A stretch of DNA of 64,000 nt, taken from positions 21,950,001-22,014,000 of the forward strand of contig CM059432.1 of assembly GCA_030390025.1 (NCBI GenBank). Direction: 5' to 3'. This stretch comes from Squalus acanthias. Lineage: Eukaryota. The translations under genes and the position numbers were made by a program. Below, one piece after another: positions 26,440 to 38,905 of the stretch. Below the pieces are notes generated by a model. It ran no database searches. It was not told the DNA's origin and saw nothing but the letters and a program-made list of their open reading frames with translations. Position 1 is the first letter of the stretch. Each line of letters starts with the position of its first letter.

Positions 26440-29400
26440 AAAGTGAAAAGGATATACAAGATGAAGGCTATCAAGAAATAGTAATTAGGATGTCAGGCTT
26501 GGGTTTTAAAAGCCCGTAGAATGCAGGTAGAAGGAAGGACTGAGAAATGTAAGGACTTCCACCGTTTTGAGCTCCAGGGAAAGAATAATCTGTTGTAGCA
26601 GAATGTGTAATTAGTTGTAACTTCAACACAGTGGAGAATAGGGAGGGAGGAAGCGTGTTGGGATGTCAACTTTAGAGCTTAGAAGAAACAAGAGAGGAAA
26701 GCTCAGAGGAACTGTAACCATAGAGGTATTGATCAAGAAAGGTTGGGACAGAGAGAGCGAGATTGGAGTCTATAGGTGAGAGCGGAATTGTTTATCAGAT
26801 GACAAGCTTTTTCTTGTATCCTGGACATGAATGTGAGAACATAAGAATATAAGAAATAGGAGCAGGAGTAGGCCATTCGGCCCTTTGAGCCGGCTCCGCC
26901 ATTCAATAAGATCATGGCCGATCTTCTACCTCAACTCCACCTTCCCGCGCTATCCCCATATCCCTTAATTCCCTTGGGGGGAAAAATTCAGTTGGTTGCG
27001 CCTCCCGTTAGCGCCTTAAGAGGGGGCTAATGGGGCGCAAAGCAACTAGCGCCCGGGCGCGGCGATGTTTGCGCGGCGATGTTTGTGCCACTTGTGAAGT
27101 TAACTAGACATTTTGCGGCGGCACTAAACAGTACCGCCACGATCTCCTGCGCCGGCAGATCGTGACGTCAGTCGAGTGTGCAACGCCCCGGTAGCGCCCT
27201 GGAGCGGATATTGAGTGGCGCCCCCTGCCTTACCGCCTGCCACTAGCAATGACAGGTTGAGGGGAGCGTTTTGCAGTCAGGAAGGGACTGGGGGAGCGCT
27301 ATTTAAAGGCGACCGCTTCCAGCCTTTTTTTGTTGGTGACATTTTTGAACCACGCATTCTGAGAGAGAGAGAGAGAGACTTCTGGAGAGATTCAACGATG
27401 TATGAAGGAGTTTTGGGTACTGAGCAGCACTTTGCAGGTTCATTTTGATTTGCCCTTCCTTGTATCGATTTAGAAGAGACTGTGGGGGCTGCACTCTGAG
27501 CTCTTTCCCTGGGCCTCTCCATTGTTCTTTCCAGCAGATTTGATGTACAGGTCTCTCCAGGCCGAGATTCAAGGCTGCAATGAGCAGGATGTGGATGGAA
27601 AGCAAGATCAACCCTCCCCTTTAAGAACTGGCCGGGGCCATTGTGTCTGTGTTCCATTGCTGACTGACATCACATGAGCTTCGCCAGCGCTCTGAGTTAG
27701 TGCCTCGCTCCTCGGCCTTTGCGCCTTAAGACAGATATGTAGCGCCTGATTTAGTGCTCCAATCACCTCCAGGGGCGATAAAAGTCAAGTTTGCAGTCGG
27801 AGGCGATATTTAGCGCCAGGCGCTAAGCGTTGCGCCCGGCCGATAATTGCGTCCCAAACGGGGTGATACTAAATTTTTCCCCCTTAATATCGAAAAATCT
27901 ATTGTGAGAAAACTGGTAGAAGCTTTGGGTGCCTTTCTTTAGGTCAAGGCCAATGGAGAGATTTACTAAGATGATACAAGGTTGAGAGGCTTTAGTTATC
28001 AGAGAAGACTAGAGAAACTGCTATTCTTTTCTTTAGAATAGAAAAGTTTAAGAGGAGATGGAGCTGTTCCAAATTATGAGGGGTTTTGATAGGTTAAATT
28101 GGGAAAAACTATTTCCACTGGCCAGTGAGGTGGTAACCAGGAGCCATTATATAAATTTAAGATTATTACCAAAAGAACAAAGGGAGGAGTTTGATTTTTT
28201 TTTATTCAGAGGGCTGTTAGAACCTGGAATGCCCAACCAGAAGTAGACTCCATAATAGCTTTTAAAAAGGACATGGATAAATATTTAAAAATATAAAGTA
28301 ATAAAATGTATGGAAAAAAGGCAATGGAATGGGACAATGTGGATAGTTCTTTCAGAGCGCGGGTTCAATGGGCCAAATGGTCTTCCTCTGTATTGTAAAA
28401 TTCTATGATTCAAGAGCCTTCCCCAGATATGAGATTATTATTTTAGATTTGAACAGAACTGAGCATTACAGGGAGTTGAGTTGAAAAGAAAAGAAGTGCT
28501 TGTCAGAAACTTACAAGAAATAGCTTTGGCCAGGAACCAGAAGTATTGGTTGCTAGGGAACAACACATCAGGAGTTTTCATTTCATTTCAATAGAGTTAT
28601 GTTTAGCAGATCTAATGGTGGATTTTCAAAAGTTGCAAAAGCTTCAAATCATTCACCATGGCAGGTTGAATAAGTGAGAGCACAAGAAATGTAAGATTGG
28701 AGGGGAGTAAAAGGCATGGGAGATTAGCTGAATTACCAGAATGATCAGGGATCAACAAACTGATCGTTGAGTCATTTGAAGTAATTCAGGAAACCAAACA
28801 GCTTAGCATTAGAGCTGGCCTAATCATTAAGAGAAAAAGCAGAGCCTTCGGTGGTACTGAGCACTGAAGGGCAGGATTTTCCAAGGTAACGCCTTGCATG
28901 CAGTGAGTGGCTTATCATAAGAACATAAGACATAGAAGCAGGAGTAGGTCATTTGGGCCCTCGAGCCTGCTCCGCCATTCAATAAGATCATGGCTGATCT
29001 GATCTTGGCCTCAACTCCACTTCCCCGCCCGCTCCCCATAACCCTTGACTCCCTTACCTTTCAAAAATATGTCTGTCTCCACCTTAAATATATTCAATGA
29101 CCCAGCCTCCACAGCTCTCTGGGGAAGAGAATTCCAAAGAGTCATGACCCTCTGAGAGAAGACATTCTTGAAAAGTCAAGTCAGGTCCTGCTGGTGGTAC
29201 AGGGCCTTGGAAAATTGTTTGTCAAGAGTAGTGATTTCTGCCGAGGGATAAGGTAGAGCTGATAGATTCAGCTTTGCTAAACAAAACATTGACAAGTTAT
29301 AGGGAGTTATTAAGTGAGCAGTAGAGACAGCAGATGAATTTAGTGAATTGGTGGAAACCATATGAGGTTGAAACGAGGTGATTCAGTGGAAATAAGATGA

Positions 29401-29470
29401 ACAGCAGGAATGTCAGAACAAACATAAGCATCTTTGGATTGGAAGTGGCGTAAAAAGCATAACAATAAAA
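26440..29470 (-). mobile_element. Very old CR1/L2-group LINE remnant, interrupted by younger CR1 pieces and a MITE
   Basis: Degenerate RIQEKACHLINNSALT..LQS motif near 26750-26825. Younger CR1 3' pieces lie at 26835-26976, 27940-28410 and 28915-29170. Confidence 0.4.
26977..27883. mobile_element. Harbinger non-autonomous deletion derivative (family A TIR)
   Basis: TIRs gggggaaaaatt / aaatttttccccc and TSD TTG/TTA inside a CR1 3' UTR. The left end is the reverse complement of the right end of 23289-24049. It retains a Myb-like start (MERPRERA) on the minus strand. Confidence 0.88.
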
Positions 29471-29475
29471 TTGGA

Positions 29476-29690
29476 CATGATGCGGAGATGCCGGTGTTGG
29501 ACTGGGGTGGACAAAAATGAGAAGTCGCACAACACCAGGTTATAGTCCAACAGTTTTATTTGAAATCACGAGCTTTCGGAGCGCTGATCCTTCGTCAGGT
29601 AAACTTTACCCGACGAAGGAGCAGCGCTCCGAAAGCTCGTGATTTCAAATAAAACTGTTGGACTATAACCTGGTGTTGTGCGACTTCTCA
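29476..29690. mobile_element. Penelope-like terminal-repeat insertion forming a 173-bp palindrome
   Basis: The 86-bp arms 29518-29603 and 29605-29690 differ at 2 positions. The TSD ATAAAATTGGA is at 29465-29475 and 29691-29701. Confidence 0.8.
29562..29600 (-). ncRNA. Minimal hammerhead ribozyme core (mirror copy on + at 29608-29646)
   Basis: The minus strand reads CUGACGA-A-GGAUC-AGC-GCUCC-GAAA. The plus copy reads CCGACGA-A-GGAGC-AGC-GCUCC-GAAA. Confidence 0.6.
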
Positions 29691-30867
29691 ATAAAATTGG
29701 AAGGGGAGGAGTCATAGAAATATGAAATTTGGGGTAAATGTACAGGTGACTATAAATGGAAATTGGTACAATGATCACATGAACTGTAGCAGCTCAAGAA
29801 GAATTCTCACCACTACCAGCTCAGGGAAACTAGGAATGACAAATAAATACAGCCTTACCACAGGCACCCACATCCCAGGAATACATTTTAAAAAACACAA
29901 TAAAGATTTTTGTGTTACAAATATTGCAGAAGTACAGGTTAATATGGGAAGAGGACATTGAAATGCAGTGAGCATGGTTTTGGGTGCTTCAGAGGTTATG
30001 GTAAGGTGTTACTTTTTAGGTCCTACTGCTCTCAATGTCAATGCAAAAAAGAACAAGCAAAGTAAAGGGTCTATCGCCTTTGTGAAAGTGATCCATGATA
30101 AGATCCAACTTCATGATTGTCAGCAACTCTAAACCTAACTCAGATGCTGTATTTTTCTCCTCCCTTATTCAACCCAGTGTTCTGATCAGTCTGAAGCATC
30201 CAAGCCCAATTTATCTGTGCTTGTAACTTCTGTAAAGCTGCTATTGGAGCGATAAGTGCAACCTGATTGAAAAGAACCATTCTCCTTACCCCTCCAGCAG
30301 CTGGTTCATCTGATCTCAAATGCCAAACAATGTAGAAAATTTGAAAGGAACAAGAACTTTTGGCCCATCGTACATGAACTTCCACAGACAATATATAATC
30401 TGTCCTATCATTGGCTCCATGCCACTTATTGAATCTCTGAAAAGAAAATTCTACATAAATACACCCAGGTCCCAAAAGTAAATAAGTAAAATTCCATGAT
30501 ATATATCCACTTCTAGTATTCAATCCTGAGCAATAGTATTTGCTTTGTTCCAACAGCAGATGAAATATAATGGGTAATTCAGCAAGAGAGTGATTCTACT
30601 GTGGAGCCTCGCTAGAGTGCGAGTGAGAAAATTGGGCTGTAGTTTTAAAGTCCTATCTCTGACTGATATTCCTGTGTAGCAAGACTCTACTTTGACAGCA
30701 CAGTCTTGCTGGACATGCCTCAATATTACCTCTGCTAATAGTTATCCATATATGCTTTGATCCCATTCTTAGTCAGATACTTATCCATGTTTCGGAAAGA
30801 GTTAGGGGTTCATCTTGACTTTGTGCAATAGTGAGGGTGATAGGGAGTCGCCAGCCCATTTTACATC

Positions 30868-31150
30868 TCATAGATTTAAAGTAATTGGTAGAAGGATTAG
30901 AGGGGAGTTGAGGAGAACTTCTTTCACCCAGAGGGTGGTGGGGGCCTGGAACTCACTGCCTGAAAGGGTGGTAGAGGCAGAAACGCTCATCATATTTAAA
31001 AAGTACTTGGATTTGCACATGAAGTGCTGTAGCCTGCAAGGCTACGGACCAAGAACTGGAAAGTGAGATTAAGCTGGATAGCTAATTTTCGGCCGGCACA
31101 GACACGATGGCCTCCTCTAGTGCCGTAAATTTCTATGATTCTATGATTCC
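30868..31150 (+). mobile_element. CR1 3' fragment inserted in a short palindromic MITE (30806-31180)
   Basis: HRFKVIG...FTQRVVGAWNSLP and a (ttctatga)n tail. The flanks match the MITE at 33589-33774. Confidence 0.85.
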
Positions 31151-31703
31151 CTTCCGATTTTTATTTCCATTGACTTCAATTTGCCCTTCATTTCAATTTC
31201 TTAATTTAAAAAAAACTTAGCAAAGACCCACTATTGCCTCAGTGGGATATTTCCATTTCTCACATTAGCTTTCTTTGTAGTCTTTCTGGGGAAGGTAGAC
31301 AATTTATTGAATTGTAGGCTCTTCTGTCCTAAGGACCTACAACCATTTGCGACATCCCAATTTGCTTATCACATAATTAAATGAAATGAGACTTGTGGCA
31401 TAGTTTAATTACTATCTATTCATAATTAAAATCTAAGTTAATAGCTAATTATTTTCCCCATAACGAGCAGTGGAATAGATCTAATTAATGAATAGAAAAC
31501 AGTGATAATGATCATAAGTACCTGATCTCTGAACACAAGTGATTGAACTCTTTCTCTTTGTGTTATTTTTAGAGCACTAGCTAACACATTTGTGTTAGGT
31601 TCCTGTCAGCGCTATTTTATTAAAGTCGTGAACTGATTTATTTTAAGTGTTAATGATGTCCTTAAATTAGCGCACACAACATTTTGAGACGTTAGACATA
31701 GCG

Positions 31704-31900
31704 CGCAGAGGAATCTAATACAACAAAAATGGAGCACAGAGGAACCTTATAAGCCAAAATGGTGCAGAGGAATCTGATACATTAAAAATAGAGCAGAGAG
31801 GAAATTGATACATCAAAAATAATGGACAGAGGAATTTAATGTGCCAAAAACAGTCCACTCAGGAATTTAATATACCAACCTGAGGCCACAGAAGATTTTC
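31704..31900 (+). repeat. Degenerate ~30-31-bp tandem repeat, about 6-7 units
   Basis: Recurring cagaggaa(t/a)yt.ata...aaaa unit. Confidence 0.75.
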
Positions 31901-31939
31901 AACCCTCAGGTAATATTTTCAAGCTATTCATTTTGTAAC

Positions 31940-33588
31940 AATCTCCTGATGGTTCAGTAAGTATAGTCATCACATGACAATTGAGCCATACAGGTCAGGA
32001 GGGTACCAGGTTCAATGTAAGGTTTGTGCTGAATTTGTTGATCAGGAATGAAGTGAGGAGTTAACATCGGGCTCAGTGCCTCCAACTAAAGCTTGGACTA
32101 ATGAAAGGATAAGCAAGACTGGAGATCCACTTGGAGAGGCAAGGATTAATCAAGGATAGTCAGCATGGCTTTGTCAGGGGGAGATCATGTCTAACCAATT
32201 TGATTGAATTTTTCGAGGGGGTGACTAGGTGTGTGGATGAGGGTAGTGCAGTTGATGTAGTCTACATGGACTTCAGTAAGGCTTTTGACAAAGTCCCACA
32301 TGGGAGACTGGTCAAGAAAGTAAGAGCCCATGGGATCCAGGGCAATTTGGCACATTGGATCCAAAATTGGCTTAGTGGCAGGAGGCAGAGGGTGATGGTC
32401 GAAGGTTGTTTTTGTGACTGGAAGCCTGTGTCCAGTGGTGTACCGCAGGGATCGGTGCTGGGTCCTTTGCTGTTTGTAGTGTACATTAATGATTTAGATA
32501 TGAATGTAGGAGGTATGATCAGTAAGTTCGCAGATAACACGAAAATATTGTGGAGTGGTAAATAGCGAGGAGGGAAGCCTCAGGCTACAGGACGATATAG
32601 ACGGGTTGGTTAGATGGGCAGAACAGTGGCAAATGGAATTTAACCCTGAAAAGTGTGAGGTGATGCATTTTGGGAGGACAAACAAGACAAGGGAATACAC
32701 AATGAATGGTAGGACCCTAGGAAGGACAGAGGATCAGAGGGACCTTGGTGTGCATGTACATAGATCCCTGAAGGCAGCAGGACAGGTAGTTAAGGTAAAA
32801 AGGCATATGGGATACTTGCCTTCATTAGCCGAGGCATAGAATATAAGAGCAGGGAGGTTATGATGGAGCTGTACAAAACGCTAGTTAGGCCACAGCTGGA
32901 ATACTGTGTGCAGTTCTGGTCGCCACACTATAGGAAGGATGTGATTGCATTGGAGAGGGTGCAGAGGAGATTCACCAGGATGTTACCTGGGCTGGAGCGC
33001 TTCAGCTATGAAGAGAGACTGGACAGGCTGGGGTTGTTTTCCTTAGAGCAGAGAAGGCTGAGGGGGGACCTGATTGAGGGGGCATAAATAGGGTAGATAG
33101 AAAGGAACTTTTCCCCTTAGTAGAGGGGTCAATAACCAGGGGGCATAGTTTCAAGGTAAGGGGCAGGAGGTTTAGAGGGGATTTGAGGAACAACTTTTTC
33201 ACCCAGAGGGTGTTTGGAATCTGGAACTCACTGCCTGAAAGGGTGGTAGAGGCAGGAACCCTCACAACATTCAAGAAGCATTTAGATGAGCACTTGAAAC
33301 GCCATAGCATACAAGGCTATGGACCAAGTGCTGGAAAATGGGATTAGAATAGACAGGGCTTGATGGCCGGCACGGCTGAAGGGCCTCTTTCTGTGCTGTA
33401 TAACTCTATGACTCTATCAGCTGGAAATTGCACATTTGTGGATATTGAATGAAAATATAATCATGCTTAGCTTTGTTGCCCTCCGATAATTGAATAGCCT
33501 ACCAACATACATTGTCTAGACTGGGAACATTTCATGAGGTACAGGAGGACTGCAGGTGTGTGTGGAATCATTCCCCAGCATGAGTCAT
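31940..33588 (+). mobile_element. LF-SINE-like element split by a CR1
   Basis: The head is at 31940-32090 (ccaggttcaat) and the body at 33420-33588 (gaatagcct...gaggtac...ccccagcatgagtca). Confidence 0.5.
32125..33418 (+). mobile_element. CR1 LINE, 5'-truncated
   Basis: SQHGF, YMDFSKAFD, PQGSVLGP and ERVQRRFTR motifs with a 3' tail. Confidence 0.95.
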
Positions 33589-33774
33589 TGGGGTAGATCT
33601 TGTCTTTGGACGAGAGGGTAAAACGGGTGATACTGAGTCAGCAGACCTTTTTACATCTCTCCCGATTTTTATTTCCATTTAAGCCAAAAGAAATAAAAAT
33701 CAGCAGAGATGTAAAATGGGCTGGCGACTTGCTCTCACCCGTTTTACACTATCACACAAAGTCAAGCTCCAACC
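33589..33774. mobile_element. Short palindromic MITE
   Basis: Imperfect self-complementarity (gtaaaacgggtga/tcacccgttttac, ttttacatctct/agagatgtaaaa) and ggggtag...caaccc ends. Confidence 0.7.
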
Positions 33775-33852
33775 CACTGTGTTTTGGAAGAAAATTGACA
33801 ATTTTTTACAAAAAAGCATTCATTCCAATTTAGCTGCTGGAAACAGAAACAC

Positions 33853-35826
33853 AGGCTGCGATTTCGCCAGCCGTGGCAAGTCCGGTGCAGCCGGAGTAGG
33901 CAGCGGCCTCAAACCCTGCTCCCGTCTTCATCCCACCTCTTCCAAGTGATTTTGCCCTGATTGGGCTTTTTAAGCCCGCCCTGCGAGGTTCCCGGCCTAT
34001 TAAAAGGAAGCGGGTCTGATGACGTCATCTGATGACGCGTCATCAGCCAGTTTCCTTGAAGGAACCATGTCCACATTCATTTTGACAGTTGTTCTGTTAG
34101 TGTTCTGCAGCATTGAGGTGCTGCAAACACTGACAAACACTGCACAAAGGTGCACGGCTGCACCCAGGCTCACACATGACTCACTCCATTTGCTTATGGA
34201 GGGAGTCACGGCACGCAGGGAGGTTCTCTTCACTTCCAATGGGCGGAAGAGATCTCCCCAGGAGATCAACACAGCCTGGTTGCACAATGCACAGGAGGAC
34301 AGAAGCAGGGATGTCATCAGGAGGACCAGGCTGCAGTGGTGCAAACCTTTCAATGATCTCAGTAGATCACAAAATGTTACTGCAAAGCCACACTCAACCT
34401 CATCCTGCTGTGCCACTCATCACATCCCCATCACTCTGCCTTCCTTATCCTACTCCTGCACATCTTTACTCACACCAACTTACCTTGCACCTCCACCCAT
34501 CTCTCTCTATCTACATTATCACTTCCCCCTCTCACTAGCCACCCATCACACTCACCCTCATCCTAGTCCAATCATACCATCTAACAACACACAAGGGTAG
34601 GCATTTGGGTGTTTTAGCCAATGTTCATGCAAACTTTCTGTTAATGTGTTGTCAAGCATTGAAATCCTTATTTTCACCACTTTGCGTTCTTGGACAGATT
34701 TGTGTGCACTTTGAAAGTGTCGTGTGAGTTCCAGTGAATGGTGAGACATAACGTTCCCCCCCCCCCCCCACCCCCACCCCTCCCCAATGGTGATGAGTGT
34801 GAAAGGAATGACTTGGACATTGTAAGGATGCTTTATGGTGCTGGTGTGGAGTGGTGCCAACCTAGTGCATCATGTGACAGCCAGGGTGTTCAGTGTTAAG
34901 TGAAGCAAATGTGGACGTGGTGAGACCATCACTGGCCTCCCGGGCAGCAATGTGGTCGAGTGCTGATGCCCTGTGTCCTGTGCAGCATCAGTTGATTGTG
35001 GAGAAGGTTGGTATTGATTTTGGTATTGCTGGTGTGCCTGGTGATGCTGGTGTTGGGGCTGATTGTGTTAGGATGCTAAGGACCAAGGTGAGATTTTTTC
35101 CAAGGGCACCGATGCTGATGGAATAGATGGCAGGTGAACTTCAGATTTTGTGTTGGGGTTGGGTTCGTGTAATTCGCATTTTGTGTTTCCCCCCCCGACT
35201 CCAGATTAATGTGGATGCCTGATGCAATTTTCACTTAATTGGGCAATTGAGTTGCAGCATGTGGGAACCCATGAACTAATTAGTGGTTTCAGTCTGAAAC
35301 CCGCCTCTGATGATGTCATCATTGATGACTGCCTGCTCTCTGGCTGCTGGTGAGAGAGGACCTGTCTGCATTGCTTCTGATGTGAGTGGACCTGGATGCA
35401 AATGAATGAATCAATAAGAGAGAGAGAGAGAGAGAGAGAATTAATTTTTAGCATCAAAGTCCTCTTACACCAATTGCCATGACATTCAATGTAGCAGTAT
35501 CAGAGGCGACTTTCACACCTAATACTACTACCTTCATCACATCTCCGTTGTAATAGTGGACCTGCAGCCGATAGTCAGCTATGTATTTGTGCTCCCGCCA
35601 GGTTTCACTGGAGTGTTTCACACCAGGCGTGCTTCACGTCAGAAAAGGGTTAAACTAGCTACAACGTTTCAAAATAGCATTACAGACCCAATTTAGTGCT
35701 TGTTAAGGCCTTTAATGGCCTCTCCCGCCTCTTGTAGGCGGGACGGAGTCGGGAACCCCGACCCCGCAAATTTAACCCCCCACACGCCTCCAAACCCGAC
35801 TCCATAGGTCATTCAAAATCCAGCCC
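33853..35826 (+). mobile_element. Non-autonomous Harbinger (family B) retaining Myb exon 1
   Basis: AAPRLTHDSLHLLMEGVTARREVLF...AW...RRTRLQWCKPFNDLSRS matches 5781-5545. The ends are aggctgcgattt and aaaatccagccc. Confidence 0.75.
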
Positions 35827-37637
35827 AATATGTCAGTGGTGACAGAGGTTGTTCCAATGAGGTGACACTGGATAGAGAGTTTGCTCCAAACACTTGCTAG
35901 CTGCATAAAGGTCAATCTGTCTTCTAAATACAGTAAGCAACAGCTTCTAACATTGGAAAGTGAAGACCTATGAAATGGAAGCTTTCATAGACCATTTGCA
36001 GCTTTCAGGTTAGTAAATCATTCCACAACACCTGACCTACTTACTGACATGATCCCCCCGCACCTAGAAACTCGTGGAAAACTGGTAAAATGGTAAGTAC
36101 ATGGTAAAATGGTGCTTAACTACATTTTAACAAGTTTTTAAGTATCTAAATTGGCTGACCCGCCACTTGGTGTTGGGTCTGTTCAGGGATGACAGACCCG
36201 ACACTTGGGAAACTGACAAGGAGGCGGGTTTACAGCGGGATATTGACCCGCTGTCAATCTTTTTGATTTTGACAGTGGACCTGCCTCCAAACCCGCACTC
36301 TGAGTAAAATTCCGGTCACAGTGGGGGTGGACCGAGCAAATCACGGAAAGGAAATTTGGGCGGTGAAGATCACACATCTCATAGAATCAGATAATAGTAA
36401 AGCACAGAAGGAGGTCATACGACCAATCGAATCTGGGCCGGCTCTTTCGAAGAGCAATCCAGTTAGTTCCACTCCCCCTGCTCTTTCCCCATATCCCTGC
36501 AATTTTTGCTCCTTCAAGTATTTATACAATTCCCTTTTGAAGGCTACTATTGAGTCTGTATCCACCACCTTATCAGGCAGCGCATTCCAAATCCTAACCA
36601 CTCGTTGCATAAAAAGTTTTTCTTCATGTCGCCTCTGGTTCTTTTGCTCATCACCTTAAATCTGTGCTCTCTCATTATCAACACTTCAGCCATTGGAAAC
36701 AGCTTCTCTTTATTTATTCTATCTAAATCCTTCATGATTTGAAACACCTCTATCAAATCTCCTCTTGGCCATCTCTGCTCTAAGGGATGGGCAATAAATG
36801 CTGGCCTTGCCAGTAATGCCCACATCCCAGGAACGAATAAAAACAAAGGAGAACAACCAAGCTTCTCTGGTCTATCCACGTAACTGTAATCCCTCAGCCC
36901 TGGAACCATTCTAGTAAATCTCTTCTGTACCCTCTCCAAAGCCTTCACATCCTTCCCGAGGTGTGGTGCCCAGAATTGGACACAATACTCCAGCTGGGGC
37001 CAAACTAGTGTTTTATACAGGTTTAGCATAACTTCCTGGCCTTTGTACTCTATGCCCCTATTTATAAAGCCCAGGATCCCGTATGCTTTATTAACTATTT
37101 GTTAACTTGTCCTGGCACCTTCAAAGATTTGCGCACAAGCACCTCCAGGTCTCTCTGTTAATGCACCCACTTTAAAATTGTACCATTTAGTATGTATGGT
37201 CTCTCCTCATTCTTCTTACCAAAATGTATCATCTCACACTGCTCTGCGTGGAATTTCATCTGCCACGTGTCCACCCATTCCACCAGCCTATCGATGTCTT
37301 CTTGAAATCTATTTCTATCTTCCTCACTGTTTACTACACTTTCAGGTTTCGTGTCATCTGCAAATTTCGAAATTGTGCCCTGTACCCCCCCAAGTCCAAG
37401 TCATTAATGTATATTAAAAACAGCAGTGGTCCTAGTACTGAACCTGTATCCCTCACTCCAGTCCGAAATACAGCCATTCACCACAACTTTCTGTTTTCTC
37501 TCCCCTAGCCAATTTTTTTATCCATGCTGCTACTACCCCTTTTATCCCATGGGCTTCAATTTTGCTAACAATAATATGTGATACTTTATCAAATGACTTT
37601 TGAAAGTTCATATATCCAACATCATCCGCACTGGCCT

Positions 37638-38075
37638 CAGTCAGCTGTGGCTCAGTGGGTAGCACTCTCGCTTTGTCTGTGTGTTCAAGTCCCACTCCAG
37701 AGACTTGAGCACAAAAAAATCTAGGCTAACACTCCAGTGCAGCGCTGAGGGAGTACTGCATTGTCGGAGGTGCTGTCTTTTGGATGAGATGTTAAACTGA
37801 GGCCCCATCTGCTCTCTCAGGTGGACGTATTTCGAAGAAGAGCAGGAGAATTATCCCTGGTGTCCTCGCCAATATCTATCCCTCAATCAACATAACAAAA
37901 ACAGATTATTTGGTTATTATCAAATTGCTGCTTGTGGGAGCTTGCTGTGCGTAAATTGGCCGCTGCGTTTCCTACATTACAACAGTGACTACAAATCAAA
38001 AGTATTTCATTGGCTATAAAGCGCTTTGGGATGTCTGGTGGTTGAGAAAGGCGCTATATAAATGCAAGTCTTTCT
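37638..38075 (+). mobile_element. tRNA-derived Deu-domain SINE
   Basis: tggctcagtgg A box, gttcaagtccc B box, Deu core and ggcgctatataaatgcaag tail. Confidence 0.9.
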
Positions 38076-38905
38076 TTTTTTTCCTCATCCATCCTCTATG
38101 TTACATCATCAAAAACCTCAATCAAGTTAGTCAAACACGATTTGCCCTTGACAATTCGCGCTGGCTCTCCTTTATTAGTCCATGCTTGTCCAAGTGGCTG
38201 TTAATTTTCTCCCTGATTATTGTTTCTAACAGCTTCCTCACCACTGGTGTTAAACTGACTGGCCTGTAATTGCCAGATTTATCCTTCTCCCCTTTTATGA
38301 ATAAGGGTGTAACATTTGCAATTCTCCAGTCCTTTGGCACTACCCCTGTTTCTAAGGAGGATTGGAAAATTGTTGCCAACACCTCCGCAATTTCTACCCT
38401 TACTTCCCTCAGCAACCCAGGATGCATCCCGCCCAGACCGGATGACCAGGAGATGGCGCTGAAATAGCGTTGACAGCTGTAATGACAGCTGATACCAGTT
38501 CCAGCGCCACATTAGTGTTGTCGGTAGCGTTGCCAGTAACCTCGATCACCATGGAGCTTGCCATCATGGAAATCGTGACGTCAGTGAGTGTGCAACGCTC
38601 ACTGGATGCCCAATCTCTGAACTTCATTTTAGCCAATGTACTTACTGGCTGGAGAAAGCAACAACAGCTTCAGGTGGTGTGAAGCAGCAGGAAGCCAGCT
38701 CCAGTGATGATATTTAAAGGGATCTTTACCAATCACTCGTACCTGTCAGGATTTTGCAGTTCGAGTGGCTGTGTGCTACTTCCTGCTGCTGCAAGAGTTT
38801 TCCTTAGTCATTTCAAGATTCTTTGGTATCAGGGAGTGTTCTGGCAAGTACAAAACTCCCTCATTATTTCTGAAAGGTTTCAAAGTACAACACTTGCTAA
38901 AAATT

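Noticed and set aside
37638..37710. tRNA gene
   Set aside because: The A/B boxes are a SINE head followed by the Deu domain, with no complete cloverleaf. The same applies at 6741, 25220 and 63050.
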